Under the pieces are notes generated by a model. It made no database searches, was not told where the DNA came from, and saw only the letters and a program-made list of their open reading frames with translations. A DNA stretch of 64,000 bases. It comes from a bacterium. GTDB lineage: Bacteria > Electryoneota > Electryoneia > Electryoneales > Electryoneaceae. This document shows positions 60,391-64,000 of the stretch, piece after piece (within the stretch, counting starts at the first letter, position 1; the number at the start of each line of letters is the position of its first letter). Location of the stretch: contig CAXXKJ010000002.1 of assembly GCA_963675295.2 (NCBI GenBank), forward strand, positions 2,752,001 to 2,816,000. The letters are read 5' to 3'. The position numbers were made by a program, and so were the translations under genes.

Positions 60391-60436
60391 AAATCAACCC
60401 CACGGAGGTTACCATGCCTTCGTGGGGTTTTGATTT
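60391..60436 (+). terminator. Intrinsic terminator
   Basis: AACCCCACGGAGG...CCTTCGTGGGGTTTT. Confidence 0.7.
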
Positions 60437-60572
60437 GCGATCCACACCTCCAGGGACCCGATTCGTTCGTATGAGCGCATTCTCAGGCCCATGCTACTTG
60501 ATGTATCCTCGATTCGGAAGAAGTGTGCAACCGGCGACGTCTGAACAGAATCATGCCAGCTGAGGGGAAATC

Positions 60573-61112
60573 ATGCCTACCTACGTGTTTGATACACAAC
60601 GATTGCGGCTGCGGATGATGACGGAGGAAGATTTGCCTGCCCTCCGTCCGATTCTATCCAGTGAAATCGCCATGAAACACTACCCGAAGGTGCTGAATGA
60701 CGACGAGATCCGTGACTGGGTTTCCAGAGTTCTGAAACGGTATGAATCGGATGGTCATTCCTTCTGGATGGTCGAATTGAAAGAAACCGGCGATGCCATT
60801 GGCCAATGCGGAATCCTGACGCAACAGGTCGACGGTAAAACCGAACCGGAAATCGGCTACCTGTTCAATCCGGCATTCTGGGGACATGGATATGCCACCG
60901 AAGCCGCGAAGGGTTGCATGGAGTATGGCGCGAAAACGTATGGCTATGAACGCTTTATCTCATTAATTGTTCCTGAAAACCAACCCTCAATCAACGTAGC
61001 CCTGCGAAATGGATTCACCCTCGAAAAGACAGTTCCGTACAAGGATCGTCCTGAAGTGCGGGTGTATTCGATCCGTCTCGCACAAGATCAAAAACCTCCA
61101 GCCACAAGTTGA
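60573..61112 (+). CDS. GNAT N-acetyltransferase (RimJ/RimL-like)
   Basis: TQRLRLR, EIGY..P.FWGHGYATEAA, N.PS..V..RNGF. Confidence 0.9.
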   Translation: MPTYVFDTQRLRLRMMTEEDLPALRPILSSEIAMKHYPKVLNDDEIRDWVSRVLKRYESDGHSFWMVELKETGDAIGQCGILTQQVDGKTEPEIGYLFNPAFWGHGYATEAAKGCMEYGAKTYGYERFISLIVPENQPSINVALRNGFTLEKTVPYKDRPEVRVYSIRLAQDQKPPATS

Positions 61113-61242
61113 TACCGAATACAGATGTGCTATTTATCGGACGTGGATGATTTGCGTCTGTTCATCCCATCAGCAGTACCCAACCATGACTGGCAGGACG
61201 TGGCTACACTCCTGATATACTCAAGCAAAGGACATCAGAATC

Positions 61243-62196
61243 ATGAAAGAGATCATTCTTGGATCACAGGGTCTTCGTGTGCCCGCCATCGGCTTGGGCT
61301 GCATGGGCATGTCGGATTTCTACGGTTCTTCCGATGAAGCGCAGAACCTTCGCGTTCTCGACCGGGCGCTCGAGCTCGGCTGCACCTTCTGGGATACGTC
61401 GGATATGTACGGCCCGTTCACGAACGAGATGCTGTTGGCCAAGGCAATGAATGGACGCCGTGACCAGGTTATTCTGGCGACCAAGTTCGGCGTGCGTCGC
61501 GGTGAGGACGGTGGCTTCCTGGGCATCAAGGGGGACGCGGAGTATGTCAAGGCGTCTTGTGATGCTTCGTTGAAACGGCTCGGCACCGATTACATCGACC
61601 TCTATTACCAGCACCGTGTCGATCCGGAAACGCCAATCGAGGAAACGGTCGGCGCGATGGCGGAGCTGGTGCAGGCGGGGAAAGTACGGTACATCGGCTT
61701 GTCCGAGGCGGACCCGGAAACCATCGCCCGTGCGCACAAGGTCCACCCCATCAGCGCCCTGCAAACCGAGTACTCGCTCTGGTCACGGGAGGTCGAGGAC
61801 GAGATCCTGCCGGCCGTGCAGAAGCTCGATATCGGGTTTGTCGCCTACAGTCCGTTGGGCCGGGGTTTCCTCAGCGGCACGATCCGGTCACGCAGCGACC
61901 TCGAACCCGGCGATTGGCGTCTGGAGAACCCGCGATTTACCGACGAAGCCATCGCGCAGAACAGCAAGCTGGCCGACGCGGTCGCGGAGATTGCGAAGGA
62001 ACTGGACGCGACCCCGGCGCAGATCGCGTTGGCTTGGGTACTGTCGCGCGACGAACACCTCGCCGCCATCCCGGGAACGCGCAAGATCGAACGTCTCGAG
62101 GAAAACTGGGCCTCGCAGGATCTCACGTTGCAACCGGAACACTTGGAGCGGCTGGCGTCTTTGATCCAGCAGAGTGTTGCTGGCGAGCGGTACTGA
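61243..62196 (+). CDS. Aldo/keto reductase
   Basis: GLGCMGMS, DTSDMYG, ATKFG, DLYYQHRVD, AYSPLGRG, IPGT. Confidence 0.95.
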   Translation: MKEIILGSQGLRVPAIGLGCMGMSDFYGSSDEAQNLRVLDRALELGCTFWDTSDMYGPFTNEMLLAKAMNGRRDQVILATKFGVRRGEDGGFLGIKGDAEYVKASCDASLKRLGTDYIDLYYQHRVDPETPIEETVGAMAELVQAGKVRYIGLSEADPETIARAHKVHPISALQTEYSLWSREVEDEILPAVQKLDIGFVAYSPLGRGFLSGTIRSRSDLEPGDWRLENPRFTDEAIAQNSKLADAVAEIAKELDATPAQIALAWVLSRDEHLAAIPGTRKIERLEENWASQDLTLQPEHLERLASLIQQSVAGERY

Positions 62197-62303
62197 TCCA
62201 CGCCGCGATCTCTTTGCGGAAGAACATTGAATGCAACAGGGCCGGGCAATATGCCTGGCCCTATTGACGTTCACGCCGATCTGCTCTTCCATCCTGAGAA
62301 CAC

Positions 62304-63563
62304 TCATCGCATCAGCGACAGCCCTTCGCGATCAAACCTTGGGACACGTGGCGATACCGGAACCAGGCGGATAGCGTACGGTTCCCACCCCGCCAGCGGA
62401 ATTGGCTGTTCGTCCGGCAGGCCGAGCTTGCGCACCAGCACCGGCTCCAGACGTTTTACAGTTGTCTTCGGCAGAACGTGTTCGTGTTTGCCCACGAGGC
62501 AACCCGCCTGGGGGCTGGTGACCATCAACAGCTCATCTTGCAGCTCTGGCATTTTTAATTCCGGCTCGATTGCAGTCGTTTCGACAACATACCCTTGTTC
62601 GTTCACCGTACCCGGAAGCTCGTCGCCCCAGCCGAGTTGCAGCAGCCTTAGCCTGCGTCCCCTGCCCTGAAAGCGGATCTTGTATTCGCGTGCGCAATAC
62701 TGAACGTTCAGCGCGAGGTGTTCTTCCGCAGCCCGTTTCAACAGACGCAACGCAGACAACTCGGAATCCAGTACCGCGTTCGCCGGTTCGTGCAGCAGTG
62801 TGTAGTTGCGTTCCACGAACCGTCCCGCATTCCACTTGTTCACGGTCAGCTGGTGCAGATGCAGGTGATCCACTCCGATCCCGGCCAGCACGTGTAACAA
62901 CTGAGCGACTCGTTCCTCATCCTCGGGTATGGCCGGAATTTCGACAGTTACTCTCCACGGCCATTCGCGTGCGAGCCGGACCGGTTTTAGACGATAGTTG
63001 ATCGCTGAGATGTCGAAGCGGATCTCATTCAGTCCCGCATGGAACAATCGGTCCAGCCGTTCCCTGTTTGCGAGGATGCCGTTCGTGTACAGCCACAGGT
63101 AGATGTTGTCACCGGAACGTTCACGGATCGACGTGATGAAATCGACTGTTCGATCCAAGTTCAGCAGCGGCTCTCCCCCGCTCAACCCGACACCACGGTA
63201 CCCCGCGTGTTCCAGAAAATCCACGTACCGGCCCGGCGACGGGAAATCCACGCCCAGGGCCGTCGGCGGCGGCGCTTCACGGTCGGCGGGTTCCATCGGG
63301 CAGTAGAAGCAGTCGGCGTTGCAGGTTTGATTGATGAACAGGCAGGACCAAGTGCCGTCGCCGCAATGCCGGCATCCGGGCGAAAGAGTACCATGATGCG
63401 GCTTGGTTCCGGCATAAGACAGATTGATCGACGCTGACAGGTCGTTGAGATACGTGTTCCGGGTCCGGTTGGCCGTCTCCGCGTATCCTTCGTCAAGCCA
63501 GGCCAGAAACCGGCCCGCAGAACCCAGCTCCTTCCCGATTCCGTTGTATCCAGGCATCTCCAT
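62304..63563 (-). CDS. Radical SAM protein
   Basis: CNADCFYC (CxxxCxxC), SGGEPL, YTNG, EIRF. Confidence 0.85.
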   Translation of the reverse strand: MEMPGYNGIGKELGSAGRFLAWLDEGYAETANRTRNTYLNDLSASINLSYAGTKPHHGTLSPGCRHCGDGTWSCLFINQTCNADCFYCPMEPADREAPPPTALGVDFPSPGRYVDFLEHAGYRGVGLSGGEPLLNLDRTVDFITSIRERSGDNIYLWLYTNGILANRERLDRLFHAGLNEIRFDISAINYRLKPVRLAREWPWRVTVEIPAIPEDEERVAQLLHVLAGIGVDHLHLHQLTVNKWNAGRFVERNYTLLHEPANAVLDSELSALRLLKRAAEEHLALNVQYCAREYKIRFQGRGRRLRLLQLGWGDELPGTVNEQGYVVETTAIEPELKMPELQDELLMVTSPQAGCLVGKHEHVLPKTTVKRLEPVLVRKLGLPDEQPIPLAGWEPYAIRLVPVSPRVPRFDREGLSLMR

Positions 63564-63734
63564 CCTGTATCAGCTTCCTGTCCTCGTTATCAGGGTATGA
63601 CTACATGGATAATGTACTTCTGAATGAGCGTAAACCATTGCATCGATCGTTCAGCCGCCCCTCCGCCTCCGGACACAGAGAAGGGCTCCCGATCACCCGG
63701 AAACCCTTTATAGACGCTCTCATAACCCATCTAC

Positions 63735-64000
63735 CTACCTGAATCCAAACAGGATCGGAAATAAGACCACCACAATCGCCGCCCAGATCGGGTACACGGG
63801 GATATACGCCGTCTGCCAGCGTTCCAGCGTGGCGAACGGAACTCGTTTGAACAGGAAGCGAGCGTACAGCACCGCCGACCAGCCCAGATTCACCAGCAGG
63901 ATCAGGTTTTCGCCCAGCGCCGCGACCTTATTCGGGCTGAAACCGAATTCGGAAATGCGCATCCCGATGGCCCATAACGCGAGGCCGTCCACGATCAACG
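63735..64000 (-). CDS. Membrane protein, C-terminal fragment
   Basis: Hydrophobic ORF running off the window end (RISEFGFSPNKVAALGENL). Confidence 0.65.
   Translation of the reverse strand, partial: LIVDGLALWAIGMRISEFGFSPNKVAALGENLILLVNLGWSAVLYARFLFKRVPFATLERWQTAYIPVYPIWAAIVVVLFPILFGFR

Overview
Bacterial chromosomal window, GC-rich backbone. Ten proteins end in a YPNPFN-type T9SS type-A-like sorting domain, which suggests an FCB-superphylum lineage (inference). Left part (1-18.7 kb): FadL-like OMP, lipoprotein, gingipain-like C25 peptidase, HIT, EF-G2, Phd/ParE-type toxin-antitoxin pair, secreted AGE-family epimerase, uvrA, citD-citE fusion. A ~25 kb integrative element sits in tRNA-Asn(GTT), bounded by a 50-bp direct repeat (18741-18790 / 43962-44011). 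Its core looks like a phage satellite: integrase, xis/AlpA-like protein, primase-helicase, ori-like inverted repeats, TerS-like DUF5681 protein and three small paralogous ORFs. Its cargo is secreted FG-GAP propeller and beta-helix proteins plus a sigma-54 two-component system whose sensor is itself an FG-GAP/ASPIC propeller. The element has a second, internal copy of its right end that ends in a tRNA-Arg(ACG) 3' half. Three matching sigma-54 promoter + TGTC-N10-GACA modules can be read from the sequence, and one appears to drive a ~200-nt non-coding transcript. The right part has a sulfatase cluster and a five-gene operon resembling a porin-cytochrome electron conduit: FeS/FAD oxidoreductase, 20-heme and 46-heme cytochromes c, beta-barrel and His-rich membrane protein. 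Kelch, GNAT, aldo-keto reductase and radical SAM genes follow. All product calls come from motif recognition by eye; no database search was run.
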